A DNA stretch of 64,000 bases from Dehalococcoidia bacterium. GTDB lineage: Bacteria > Chloroflexota > Dehalococcoidia > Lucifugimonadales > UBA3495. Under the pieces are notes generated by a model that was not told the DNA's origin, ran no database searches, and saw only the letters and a list, made by a program, of their open reading frames with translations. Positions 34,726-44,021 of the stretch are shown here, piece after piece (within the stretch, counting starts at the first letter, position 1; each line of letters starts with the position of its first letter). The stretch is from positions 130,771-194,770 of the forward strand of contig JAJDTP010000021.1 in assembly GCA_022827095.1 (NCBI GenBank), written 5' to 3'. Both the position numbers and the translations under genes were made by a program.

Positions 34726-35629
34726 AGCAAACATCGAAATGCTGGAAGACGAACCCAGTTTCAAAGAGTTCGCCATCGAAGAGTTCCTGGTCCGCAGCGA
34801 GCCGTACTACCGCGCCGTCGGCGATGAGCTGGAACTGTTCGAGGCCGCCTACGAGCAGCACATCCCGGTCCTGCTGAAGGGCCCCACCGGGTGCGGCAAG
34901 ACTCGCTTCGTCGAGTACATGGCGTGGAAACTAGGCCGACCCATCACCACCATCCGGAGCGAAGGGGCTCAGGAGATGCGGGAAGGCGAGGTCCGCGTTC
35001 CGCTGGTGACCATTGCCTGTCATGAAGACCTGACCGCCAGCGACCTCGTCGGACGCTATCTGCTGGATGCCAACGGCACCCGTTGGATCGACGGCCCCAT
35101 GACCCGCGCCGTCAAGGCCGGGGCCATCCTGTACCTTGACGAAGTGGTGGAAGCCCGTAAGGACACCACCGTGCTGATCCATCCCCTCACTGACCATCGG
35201 CGAATCCTGCCCGTGGAGAAAACCGGAAACATCATCGAGGCGGACGATCGCTTCCTGCTTTGCATCTCCTACAACCCTCACTACCAGAGCGCCTTGAAGG
35301 ACCTGAAGCACAGCACCCGCCAGCGGTTCATCTCCATCGAGTTCGACTACCCGCCGGTGGACGTCGAAGCTGAGATCGTGGCCAAAGAGAGCGGCTGCAA
35401 CGAAGAACAGGCCCACGCCCTCGCTCGCCTTGGTGAGAAGATCCGGAACCTCCGGGAGCATGGTCTTGCCGAAGGCGCCAGCACGCGCCTCCTGATCTAT
35501 GCCGGCCGGCTTATGCAGCAGGGTATCCCCGCCCGTCGCGCCTGTCAGGTGGCCATTGTGTGGACCCTGTCCGACGAGACCGAACTGCAGCAGAGCATCG
35601 AAGAGGTGGTGTACTCCATCTTTGAGTAG
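34718..35629 (+). CDS. MoxR-class AAA+ ATPase of the CbbQ/NirQ/NorQ type
   Basis: Walker [14 protein letters not shown], Walker [11 protein letters not shown], and a sensor/Arg region STRLL. It overlaps the coaE stop by 8 nt. Confidence 0.85.
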   Translation: MVEANIEMLEDEPSFKEFAIEEFLVRSEPYYRAVGDELELFEAAYEQHIPVLLKGPTGCGKTRFVEYMAWKLGRPITTIRSEGAQEMREGEVRVPLVTIACHEDLTASDLVGRYLLDANGTRWIDGPMTRAVKAGAILYLDEVVEARKDTTVLIHPLTDHRRILPVEKTGNIIEADDRFLLCISYNPHYQSALKDLKHSTRQRFISIEFDYPPVDVEAEIVAKESGCNEEQAHALARLGEKIRNLREHGLAEGASTRLLIYAGRLMQQGIPARRACQVAIVWTLSDETELQQSIEEVVYSIFE

Positions 35630-35643
35630 ATGATGGAACCTCA

Positions 35644-36240
35644 ATGGGTGCAATCACCCTCGATCTAGTCCGCAACGCGCTGGCCAACCGCCAGCAGGTT
35701 ACTGCCGCCGCTGAAGGCCTTATGCCGGCGGCAGTAATGCTATTGCTATACCCCAAGGACGGCGAGTTCTGCGTCCTGCTGAACAAGCGCTCCATGACGG
35801 TTGAGCACCACAAGGGCGAAATGTCGTTCCCCGGCGGGGCCCGGGATCCGGAAGACGCGGATTTCGAGGACACCGCCCGACGCGAAACCGAAGAGGAGAT
35901 GGGCATTGCCCGGCATGACATAACGATCCTGGGACGCCTCGACGACAATGTCACCCGTTCCAATTTCCTGGTGAAAGTGTTTGTTGGGACGATCCCTTAT
36001 CCGTACCAGTTCAGCCCCAGCTCACACGAAATCGCGGAAGTTGTCGAAATTCCGATCAACGTTCTTCGCGATCCTTCAACCCTGCGCTGGGACTCCCGGA
36101 TCGAAAATGGCGAGAGGATTTCCGTGCGTTCCTACGGCTACCAGCAGCATCTGGTCTATGGAGCCACTGCCAAAATCCTCGACCAGTTTCTCGATACCAT
36201 TGATGCCGAGTTGACAAAGGAGGGCACGAGCCTTGACTAA
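35644..36240 (+). CDS. Nudix hydrolase with CoA-pyrophosphatase-type signature
   Basis: LLNKRSMTVEHHKGEMSFPGG keeps the spacing of the NudL/NUDT7 CoA motif. Nudix box GGARDPEDADFEDTARRETEEEMGI. Confidence 0.75.
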   Translation: MGAITLDLVRNALANRQQVTAAAEGLMPAAVMLLLYPKDGEFCVLLNKRSMTVEHHKGEMSFPGGARDPEDADFEDTARRETEEEMGIARHDITILGRLDDNVTRSNFLVKVFVGTIPYPYQFSPSSHEIAEVVEIPINVLRDPSTLRWDSRIENGERISVRSYGYQQHLVYGATAKILDQFLDTIDAELTKEGTSLD

Positions 36241-39200
36241 TTCCGCTACAGGCGATCTGCTGGACGAACTGGCCAAACTCCCGCCGGCAGTTGCCGAAGC
36301 CTACCAGGCCGTCGCCGACGCCATGGCCGAGTCCTTCAGTGACGAGGAAACGGCTCTTTGGGCCCGCGAGGGCGTCGCCATCGGCACCCAAACCGTCCGC
36401 TCCTGGGAGTCGGCGGTCGAATACTACCGCGTAAGCCCCGAGGTTGCGCGGTCCCTCGCCTTTGCTTCATTCATGCAGTGGGCGCGCTGTGGGACCTACC
36501 TGTCCCAGGACTCGCCGACTCTGGCGGTTGCCTTCTTCAAGGCCAGCCCATCCATCGTCACCAACCTCCGGCCCCAGTACATCCCGCGCTGGGCTGGGCT
36601 GGGTCGCTCGCTCTACAAGGGCACCTGGAAATCCAGCACGCTGGCCGCCCGGTTCTTCGAGGTTAGTCCCGACCTGGTGCGCAACCTGCCTTTCTGGGAC
36701 GTGGAAGTTTTCGCATCACTCATCGAGGCGCTGTCCTACAAGTCCTACGACGTCGCCGCCGAGTGCCTGGTCCTGGGTCGCGACGTTCTGCCGGCCATGG
36801 GTCGCGAGCGGGAGGCATTCCTGTCCATGTCCCGCGCCCTCACTGACAGCAGTTGGCGCGAGGTCAAGGCCTGTTTGGAAATGGCCCCCCGCGCGCTCCA
36901 GCACGTCGAAGAGGGCCAGACCGGCCGGTTCCTGCGCCTCGGCGAAAAGCTCGCCAAGATGGGCCTCCGCGACACCTCCCGGTTCCTCTACGACGGTGCC
37001 CAGGCCCTGTCCCACGTTTCCGCGGGGTCACAAGGCCACATCCTCGACCTGTGCGACGGCCTGCTCGCCAGCTCCCCGGACGCCGTCCCGCCCTTCCTGA
37101 AGAGCCTGGACCCGGTGCTCAACCGAATCACCCTGCAACAGCTCGACCAGTGGTACCAGCACGGCGTAGAACTGCTCAACGAGAACCCCGAGAGCGGCAT
37201 CGCATTCTTCAAGATCGAATCCAATACCTCGGAATCCATGCTGGAAACCCTTTCCTCCAGCCTGGACCTGGAACGGGTCAAGGGCATCATGCGCCTCTAC
37301 ACTCGCGCCCTGTCCGGCGAGAACATCGAGGTGCTTTCGACGGCCGAGCTCGTCCGTCGTCAGATTGGCTGGGTCGACCAGGACACCGCGTCCACCGACG
37401 GCACCAAGGTCTACCTGCCCCCGGTCATCGACAACTACAACGACAAATCGCAGAACTTCGCGTGGTTCAAGGTCGTGGCCACCCACCAGGTCTCCCACCT
37501 CGAATTCGGCAGTTTCCAGTTCGATTTCGTCCGTCCCGCCAACGTGTTCGATGATCGCCGGTTCCCGATGGAAGAAGCTATCCAGGCCCGCATCGAAGCC
37601 ATCCGCACCGCAACCGCCGAGCACTTCCAACTGCTGGACTCCGACACTGTGCCTTCTATTGAAGTCGGCGACGGTCCCGGCGGCACCATGCGTGTCTACA
37701 CCGACATCGGCCGGTTCCTGTCCCTGTTCGAAGACCGCCGCATGGCCTTCGACCTTTTCAGCGTGCTGGAAGACTGCCGGTTGGACTATCGCATCAAGAC
37801 CGAGTACCCCGGCATCCGCCGCCCGGCATTGGACGTGCAGGGCGACGCCCTCACCCAGCGCCCGCGTGTCGAAGAGCTGCCCCTGCAGGAAGCGCTGATC
37901 GAGTTGCTGGTTCACATGAGCCTGGACCGCTTCGAGGGTCTGCCGGTGCCGCAGGACTATCGGGAAGAAGCGATCATGCTTGCCCGTATCATGCACCGCC
38001 TGCGCACCGTCCGCGCGTCCATCGAGGACACCGCCGAAGCGGCCCTGCGTGCCTACGAGATCATCTCCCGCCTCCAGAACCAGCAGGAACCGGAGGACGA
38101 GTTCCAGCCCGAGGACCTGGACGATCCCGGCGAATTCTCCGAGGAAGAGTACCAGGCTCTGCTCGACAAACTGCAGGCGCAGATGAGTGAGCAAGACGGC
38201 GAGCAGGGTGAGGGAGACCCCTACGAATCCCCCGAGCCCGTTGAGTATCGCGGCGACTTCAAGCCGGAAATGGTCCAGTTGCTCACCAAGTTGCAGATGG
38301 ACCAGAGCGAGATGGGCGACGCCGAGCCCATGACCCAGGAGGAACTCGAGCAGTTGCTCCAGGACAGCGCCGAACTCGAACTCGACGCCCAGGAAGGCGA
38401 CGTCGACCAGAGCATGGCCATGTTCGCCCAGAACATCATGAAGGAAGCCGGCGTTCCCCCGCCGTCCAACGACCCTGGCCGCGGCTACGGTCCCATCCTC
38501 CACGACGACGACGCCGGCGGTGAGCTGGAGGCCCTGGAGCCCAAGACCTTCGTCTACGACGAATGGGACTTCCGCGCCAACGACTACAAGCCGCGCTGGT
38601 GCATCGTCAAGGAGAAGGTCCTGGACGAAGGCGACCCCAACTTCTACAACGACTCCCTCCGCAACTATGCCTCGCTGCTGGCTCACATCAAGCGCCAGTT
38701 CGAGCTCATCATGCCGGAGACCTGGCGCAAGACCTACCGCCTGATCGACGGCGAAGACATCGACCTCAACTCAGCCCTCGAGGCTTGGGCCGACCTGCGC
38801 ATGAACGTGCCCCCGGACGAAAAGATCTACTGGCGCCGCAACCGCGTCGAACGCGACGTTGCCGTGGTCTTCCTCCTGGATATGTCAGCGTCCACCGCCG
38901 AAGCCATTGACGAGGGCCGCCACTCAGTGGACGACCGGGATGCTCCCGACGATCCGGTGGAATACATGGTCTGGCTCCGCCGCCGCCGCGAGGGCTTGGT
39001 GCGCCGCCACTACAAGCGCATCATCGACCTCGAGCGCGAAAGTTGCGCCCTCCTCATCAACGCCCTGGAGTCCATCGGCGACACCTACGGCATCTACGGC
39101 TTCTCCGGCTATGGCCGCGAGAACGTGGAGTTCTACGTCATCAAGGACATCGAAGAGCAGTTCAACGACAAGATCAAACGGCGCATCGACAAGGTGACCC

Positions 39201-39541
39201 CGCTCCACGCCACCCGCATGGGTTCGGCCATCCGGCACGCCATCACCAAGCTGGAAAATCAGGACGCGGCGACCAAGATCATGTTCCTGATCTCAGACGG
39301 CCGCCCTCAGGACCGGGGTTACAGCCGCGAGGGTGTGGAAAAGGAATACGCCGTCCACGACACTCACCAGGCCCTGTTGGAAGCCAAGCGCAAGGAAATC
39401 AACCCCTTCTGCCTGACCGTCGACAAGGCCGGCCATGACTACCTGAAGACCATGTGCGGCGACCTCAACTACGAGGTGCTGGACGACATCTGGGCCCTGC
39501 CGGAACGGCTGCCCATGCTGTACCGGTCGCTCACCATGTAG
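36233..39541 (+). CDS. Large (1102 aa) CbbO/NorD-like protein with C-terminal von Willebrand factor A domain
   Basis: The TTG start overlaps the Nudix stop. MIDAS VVFLLDMSASTAE, later GFSGYG and MFLISDGRPQD. Long alpha-helical N-terminal region and an acidic insert. Confidence 0.8.
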   Translation: MTNSATGDLLDELAKLPPAVAEAYQAVADAMAESFSDEETALWAREGVAIGTQTVRSWESAVEYYRVSPEVARSLAFASFMQWARCGTYLSQDSPTLAVAFFKASPSIVTNLRPQYIPRWAGLGRSLYKGTWKSSTLAARFFEVSPDLVRNLPFWDVEVFASLIEALSYKSYDVAAECLVLGRDVLPAMGREREAFLSMSRALTDSSWREVKACLEMAPRALQHVEEGQTGRFLRLGEKLAKMGLRDTSRFLYDGAQALSHVSAGSQGHILDLCDGLLASSPDAVPPFLKSLDPVLNRITLQQLDQWYQHGVELLNENPESGIAFFKIESNTSESMLETLSSSLDLERVKGIMRLYTRALSGENIEVLSTAELVRRQIGWVDQDTASTDGTKVYLPPVIDNYNDKSQNFAWFKVVATHQVSHLEFGSFQFDFVRPANVFDDRRFPMEEAIQARIEAIRTATAEHFQLLDSDTVPSIEVGDGPGGTMRVYTDIGRFLSLFEDRRMAFDLFSVLEDCRLDYRIKTEYPGIRRPALDVQGDALTQRPRVEELPLQEALIELLVHMSLDRFEGLPVPQDYREEAIMLARIMHRLRTVRASIEDTAEAALRAYEIISRLQNQQEPEDEFQPEDLDDPGEFSEEEYQALLDKLQAQMSEQDGEQGEGDPYESPEPVEYRGDFKPEMVQLLTKLQMDQSEMGDAEPMTQEELEQLLQDSAELELDAQEGDVDQSMAMFAQNIMKEAGVPPPSNDPGRGYGPILHDDDAGGELEALEPKTFVYDEWDFRANDYKPRWCIVKEKVLDEGDPNFYNDSLRNYASLLAHIKRQFELIMPETWRKTYRLIDGEDIDLNSALEAWADLRMNVPPDEKIYWRRNRVERDVAVVFLLDMSASTAEAIDEGRHSVDDRDAPDDPVEYMVWLRRRREGLVRRHYKRIIDLERESCALLINALESIGDTYGIYGFSGYGRENVEFYVIKDIEEQFNDKIKRRIDKVTPLHATRMGSAIRHAITKLENQDAATKIMFLISDGRPQDRGYSREGVEKEYAVHDTHQALLEAKRKEINPFCLTVDKAGHDYLKTMCGDLNYEVLDDIWALPERLPMLYRSLTM

Positions 39542-39569
39542 GTCGCGGTCACGGGGAGTGCAAAATATT

Positions 39570-39597
39570 AGGGGCGAATGACCATTCGCCCCTTTTT
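39570..39597 (+). terminator. Rho-independent terminator
   Basis: aggggcgaatg-ac-cattcgcccct followed by tttt, 29 nt after the VWA stop. Confidence 0.8.
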
Positions 39598-39626
39598 CAT
39601 TAACTGTTCAGAGTTGCAGGGAAAGT

Positions 39627-39734
39627 GTCATTGCGAGCGAAGCGCAGCAATCTCGTTGGCGCAAGGAAGTCCTCCTGTGCGGAAGTTGTCGTTACGGCGT
39701 CGAGATTGCCACGGCGCAAGTGTTTCGCGATGAC
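39627..39734 (+). repeat. Palindromic repeat family 1, copy C
   Basis: gtcattgcgagcgaagcgcagcaatctcgtt...cgagattgccacggcgcaagtgtttcgcgatgac. Confidence 0.8.
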
Positions 39735-39780
39735 AACCCACTGAATCCTGAACGGTTATTGTTTGTCGGTATCCGGCCAG

Positions 39781-41016
39781 CTACGGCGCAACTTCCGTAA
39801 TCAGTTTACGTAACTCTGTCAGCGCCGTGTTGCACGACCGCCGCTTTATAACCAGCCGGCGCGGTGGCGTGCGCAGCGGAAACTCCCGCACGTCGTTGCC
39901 ATGCGCTATCGCGATGTGAATCGTCCCGGGCCGGTGCCCTTCAAGTTCCTGCGGACCCAGCACACCAGTCATGCCAATGCCAAAATCGGCGGCCGTCGCC
40001 AATTGAGCAACCTGGGCCATGGCGTTGGCGGTCTCCTGGCTCACGACTCCGTGGGTCTCCAGAACTCCGGAATCCACGCCCGACGCGACCATCGCGTCGA
40101 TTGTATACGCCACGTTGCCGCCCCGGTACCACTGGTTGCTGTCCGGCGCTTCCGTTATCGTGTTGGCCAGGAAACCGCCGCTGACCGATTCCATGGTCGC
40201 CAGCGTCATCCCTCGGGACACCAGCGCCGCCCCAACGGACAATTCCGGGGTCTCGTCGTCGTAGCCCCAGACGTAGGGAGCCAGCCGGTCGTGGATGGCG
40301 TCTTCAATCGGGGCAATCATCTCCCGCGCCGCCGCCTCATCCGCGGCCCTGGCGATGATCCGCAGGTGGATCCCATCAGCCTTGGAATAGATCCCGAGAT
40401 ACGGATTCTCCAGCCCGAAATACTCGTCCATTATCTCGTCCACCGACGCCTCGCCCAGCCCCAGCGTCTTGATGTTGCGCGTGATGGTAACCTCGGTGTC
40501 GACGATTTCCTTCAACCTGGCGTTGATTTCGTCCTGCCACATGGCGCGGTTTTCGCCCGGCGGTCCGGGCATGCAGACTATGTGCTTCCCATCGCGTTGT
40601 GCCCACCATCCGGGCGCCGTTCCGTTCCGGTTCGTGATGAACTCCGCCGACGGTATCAGGTAGGCCTGCTTGACGTTGTGGGCCGGCATGTCCTGCCCGC
40701 GATTTCGGAACCACTGTCTCAGGTTCTCCAGCTCAGGCTCCTGCACCACGGGCGTTTCGCCCAGCGCCGTCGCTACGGCCTCCCGTGTCAAATCGTCCTG
40801 GGTGGGGCCGAGGCCTCCGGTGGTGAAGATGATGTCCGAGCGCTGCCACCCCTGCACGAACGCCTCGGTGAGCCTCGGCAGGTCGTCTCCGATAATGCTG
40901 ACCCACTGCAGCTGGATGCCCAAGGCGGGCAGCCGACCGGCAATCCAACTCGCGTTCGTATCCGTCAACTCGCCCATCAGCAACTCCGTGCCGACGGAGA
41001 TAATCTCTGCCTTCAA
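39781..41016 (-). CDS. cinA: CinA family protein (MoCF-type domain plus nicotinamide-nucleotide amidase PncC domain)
   Basis: The TTG start at 41016 is preceded by GAGGAGG. KAEIISVGTELLMGELTDTNASWIA and FTTGGLGPTQDDLT, with a C-terminal CinA domain. The rest of ORF 39781..41418 upstream of this start is non-coding. Confidence 0.85.
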   Translation of the reverse strand: MKAEIISVGTELLMGELTDTNASWIAGRLPALGIQLQWVSIIGDDLPRLTEAFVQGWQRSDIIFTTGGLGPTQDDLTREAVATALGETPVVQEPELENLRQWFRNRGQDMPAHNVKQAYLIPSAEFITNRNGTAPGWWAQRDGKHIVCMPGPPGENRAMWQDEINARLKEIVDTEVTITRNIKTLGLGEASVDEIMDEYFGLENPYLGIYSKADGIHLRIIARAADEAAAREMIAPIEDAIHDRLAPYVWGYDDETPELSVGAALVSRGMTLATMESVSGGFLANTITEAPDSNQWYRGGNVAYTIDAMVASGVDSGVLETHGVVSQETANAMAQVAQLATAADFGIGMTGVLGPQELEGHRPGTIHIAIAHGNDVREFPLRTPPRRLVIKRRSCNTALTELRKLITEVAP

Positions 41017-41038
41017 AATGCCCTCCTCACCGACCCGG

Positions 41039-42151
41039 CTATGGGCAGTTGTATGGTCTTTCTGTTGGCGGCTCGTCGACCAGGCAGAAGGTCCGTTCCG
41101 CACGCACGCGGTTGACCACGTATACGATCGGATCGTCGGGCAGCCCGGCGTAATGCACCAGCACCTGCGTGTTGCCGGCGTCGTCCAGGAAGGGCTGGCC
41201 GTCCTGATCCACCTCGATATGCCCGCCGCCGATGTAGAATTCATGCGTCTTCTCGTGCGTCTTGATCCGCACCGTCGTGTCCGCCGGCTGCAGCCCGTAT
41301 TGCGGATCGCTCGCCCCTTCTTCGTCGACGTGCCATCCGCCGGGCGTGTCCGGCCCGCCCGGCTTGCCCGGTTGACCAAACCACTGCAACTGCGAAAGCC
41401 ACCACTCGGGCTCCACAACTGCCTGCCGGTCGTCTCCGATGGTGACGTGCCAGGTGCGCATGCCCGGCTCCCGGGCGTAGGTCGCCGTCACGCCGTCGTG
41501 GTTGATCTCCAATTCCTGGATGTCCCGGAACGCTTCCTCGTAAAAATAGCCCAATTCTATCGGTGGTGGGATGACTGGCGGACTCACCGCCAGGCAGTTG
41601 ACAACCCGCCCCCACACTTCCGGCACCGTCAGCAGCTGGGGGTCGCCCACCAATCGCATGTAGCTGTAGCCTTCGTCAGGTGTGAGGTTACCCAGCCAGA
41701 ACTCGTACGACAACCCGGTTTCCTCGGTTATGACGATCACCGTTTCCGGAGGGTCAAGCCCATATTGCGCCGGGTTTTCAATTGTCGTGCCCAGAACGCG
41801 GTTAACCTTGGGGCCGCTCAACAGCAGAGGCGTTCCTGACCACCTCTGCTGGTACACCTCCTCACGCCGGTCGCCCTCCACGATGAACCATTTGCCCCGT
41901 CCGAGGTCCTTATCGTAAGCCACGGTTTGTACTTCGCCGGTGAGCGGGAAGGTCTCGTCGGAACATTCGATGGATCCGCCCGCCTGACCCCGGTGGATCA
42001 CCTCAACGTGCACGATGGCATCATCGTCGATCCGCCACGCCCACGGCTCCTCCTCTCGTGGGGCATCCTGCTCCCAAGGCTTGAACCAAAGCGCCAGCGC
42101 TCCAAAAAGCGCCAGCACGAAAACCAGTAGGATGGTCAACCGGATGTTCAT
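41039..42151 (-). CDS. DUF4340-like protein (last gene of the GldG/ABC-2 operon)
   Basis: N-terminal TM helix MNIRLTILLVFVLALFGALALWF. Both position and size are typical of DUF4340 downstream of gldG. Confidence 0.6.
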   Translation of the reverse strand: MNIRLTILLVFVLALFGALALWFKPWEQDAPREEEPWAWRIDDDAIVHVEVIHRGQAGGSIECSDETFPLTGEVQTVAYDKDLGRGKWFIVEGDRREEVYQQRWSGTPLLLSGPKVNRVLGTTIENPAQYGLDPPETVIVITEETGLSYEFWLGNLTPDEGYSYMRLVGDPQLLTVPEVWGRVVNCLAVSPPVIPPPIELGYFYEEAFRDIQELEINHDGVTATYAREPGMRTWHVTIGDDRQAVVEPEWWLSQLQWFGQPGKPGGPDTPGGWHVDEEGASDPQYGLQPADTTVRIKTHEKTHEFYIGGGHIEVDQDGQPFLDDAGNTQVLVHYAGLPDDPIVYVVNRVRAERTFCLVDEPPTERPYNCP

Positions 42152-42166
42152 CTCAAACTGTGTTCC

Positions 42167-42213
42167 GTCATTCCGGCGCACTCGTTTCCGTCATTCCGGC
42201 GAAAGCCGGAATC
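42167..42213. repeat. Palindromic repeat family 2 (GTCATTCCGGCGAAAGCCGGAATC), 1.5 copies
   Basis: gtcattccggcgcactcgtttcc followed by gtcattccggcgaaagccggaatc. Related hairpins occur at 25136..25161 and 47997..48027. Confidence 0.7.
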
Positions 42214-42226
42214 CAGGCGCCTTGCT

Positions 42227-44020
42227 CTAGCGGCGGACCCACCAGACCATGACCGCCATGATACCCATCAGTCCGGGCAAAAGCAGCCACGTCGAGAAGC
42301 GCACGAAGTTGAACTCGTTCTCGTCCAGGTTCCACTCTCGGTAGACGAACTCACGGTCCCGAATGGACACCAGCGAAAAGTCGCCCATCAGGTAGTTCGC
42401 CGAGTTCAGGAACAGGGCCGCGCTGGAGCCGCGGTCCACGTTGCGGTTCGAGACGAAATCCGAGTCGCCGAACACAACCATGCTGGCGATCTCGTTGTCC
42501 GGCGGCCGGCTGGTCGGCGCCGCTGCGCCCACCGGGGCGATGATGTCCAGGTACATGGCCGGGAAATAAACCCGCTGCGGGTCGTCATCCACCGGATCCA
42601 CGCGCTCAATGTCATCGATCAGGCGAGCCGACGGGGTGGTCGCCGCAATCGGGCGCGGCAACCGCGTGTTGGTTTCTTCCAGTATCGGTTCGATGGCAGC
42701 CGTACCTGGCATGAAAGCCACGTTCAGCGGCCGCCCCCGGGGTGCGACGATCTCCGGCGGCGCATCAGGATTGTAGATGCCCACCCGCAGCGTTCGCGGC
42801 GCGTTGGGCTGGGATCCCTCAACGTCCCGTATGTAGCTGTCGGTCACGATCACGCCCCAGAATGCCAGGAAGGCCCGGAAGGTATCGTGCGTGTCCGGTT
42901 CGGCCAGGAAGATGATCCGTGCGGCCTCCCGACGCGGTTCGCCGTCGGGGTATCGGCCGGCCATGTAGTAATTCAGCGCGTCCAGGTGCGCCGTCGGCAA
43001 CTCGCCAGTGGGACCGGCAATCACCAGCAGCGCCGCGTCGTCGGGAACGACCACGTCTTCATCAACTGGCGCCCAGGGCAGTGTTTCCACCTGGTAGTTG
43101 TCCACCTCAAGCCCCTCGCGGATCTTGAGATAGCCGTCCTCGGCTTGCCGTGTGACGTCGCGCTCTCCGTGCCCGCTCAGGAAATACACCTTCTTGCGCT
43201 GCGTTTCGGTGGCGACCAGCAGCGCCGTGTACAAATCCTGTTCCAGCCTACTGTAAACCTCATCAGTGGGCTGAACCAGGTCGATAATGTCCGTTCCCAC
43301 CGCTGAGACCGCCAGCGTCTCGTATGCCGTGACTCCCTGGCTCCGGGCCAGGTCGGCCTCCTTCTGCGGGTCAATGAACTGGTAGGTGAAATTGCTGCTG
43401 CGCCGCGCAAACTCGCTTAGCGTGGTTTCCACCTTGCTCTGCCTGGTCAGCACCTCGATGCTGGGTATCTGGTCTGGGTAATAAGCCGTCACGCTGATCG
43501 GGCGGTCCAGCCCATCCAGCAGGTCGCGGGAGCGTTGCGCCAGGGAAAACTGGTTGGTCGCCGTGGTATCAGATCTCACGTGGTTTTCGAAAGCAACGTA
43601 GTTGACCAGCGCGACCAGCCCGAAAAACGCTGCGGTCATGATCACCGTGTTGACCCCATACCGCCCGGTCCGGCTGAAAAACGCCGCCAGCACCTGGCTG
43701 AAATACGATAGCCCTACCAGCAGGATCAACACCGCCCCGATGCCAATCACGATCCCGCCGTACAGCTTCAGGGAACCGATGAACGCCAGCAGCACCGCGC
43801 CGACTATAAGCCCGATCACGCCGGCAATGAGTATCGGCGCGTAGAAAACCGCGATCAGGTCGAACGCCGGCTCTATGAAGGAAAACAGCGTGCGCGACTG
43901 TTCCCGCAACGGCTCCGGCTGCTCGACGGAACCGCCGCCGTCACCGGCTTCCGCCTGGCGGTCTCGCCCCCTGCGCCGGCGCCAATCTCGGGGCCCGTCG
44001 CCGATGCGCTGTTGGCTCAT
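42227..44020 (-). CDS. GldG-family ABC-transporter auxiliary protein
   Basis: 597 aa with N- and C-terminal TM segments and a large extracytoplasmic domain. It follows an ABC-2 permease. Confidence 0.75.
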   Translation of the reverse strand: MSQQRIGDGPRDWRRRRGRDRQAEAGDGGGSVEQPEPLREQSRTLFSFIEPAFDLIAVFYAPILIAGVIGLIVGAVLLAFIGSLKLYGGIVIGIGAVLILLVGLSYFSQVLAAFFSRTGRYGVNTVIMTAAFFGLVALVNYVAFENHVRSDTTATNQFSLAQRSRDLLDGLDRPISVTAYYPDQIPSIEVLTRQSKVETTLSEFARRSSNFTYQFIDPQKEADLARSQGVTAYETLAVSAVGTDIIDLVQPTDEVYSRLEQDLYTALLVATETQRKKVYFLSGHGERDVTRQAEDGYLKIREGLEVDNYQVETLPWAPVDEDVVVPDDAALLVIAGPTGELPTAHLDALNYYMAGRYPDGEPRREAARIIFLAEPDTHDTFRAFLAFWGVIVTDSYIRDVEGSQPNAPRTLRVGIYNPDAPPEIVAPRGRPLNVAFMPGTAAIEPILEETNTRLPRPIAATTPSARLIDDIERVDPVDDDPQRVYFPAMYLDIIAPVGAAAPTSRPPDNEIASMVVFGDSDFVSNRNVDRGSSAALFLNSANYLMGDFSLVSIRDREFVYREWNLDENEFNFVRFSTWLLLPGLMGIMAVMVWWVRR

Positions 44021-44021
44021 A

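Noticed and set aside
34718-39541. Calling the AAA+/VWA pair a Rubisco activase (CbbQ/CbbO) or a NO-reductase activation pair (NorQ/NorD).
   Set aside because: No Rubisco, carboxysome or nor genes are present in the 64 kb. Only the generic family assignment is supported.
41017-41418. The N-terminal 134 codons of ORF 39781..41418.
   Set aside because: This part overlaps the 3' end of the DUF4340 gene and is Arg/Ser/Thr-rich. The canonical CinA N-terminus (KAEIISVGTELL) starts at TTG 41016 with a GAGGAGG RBS.
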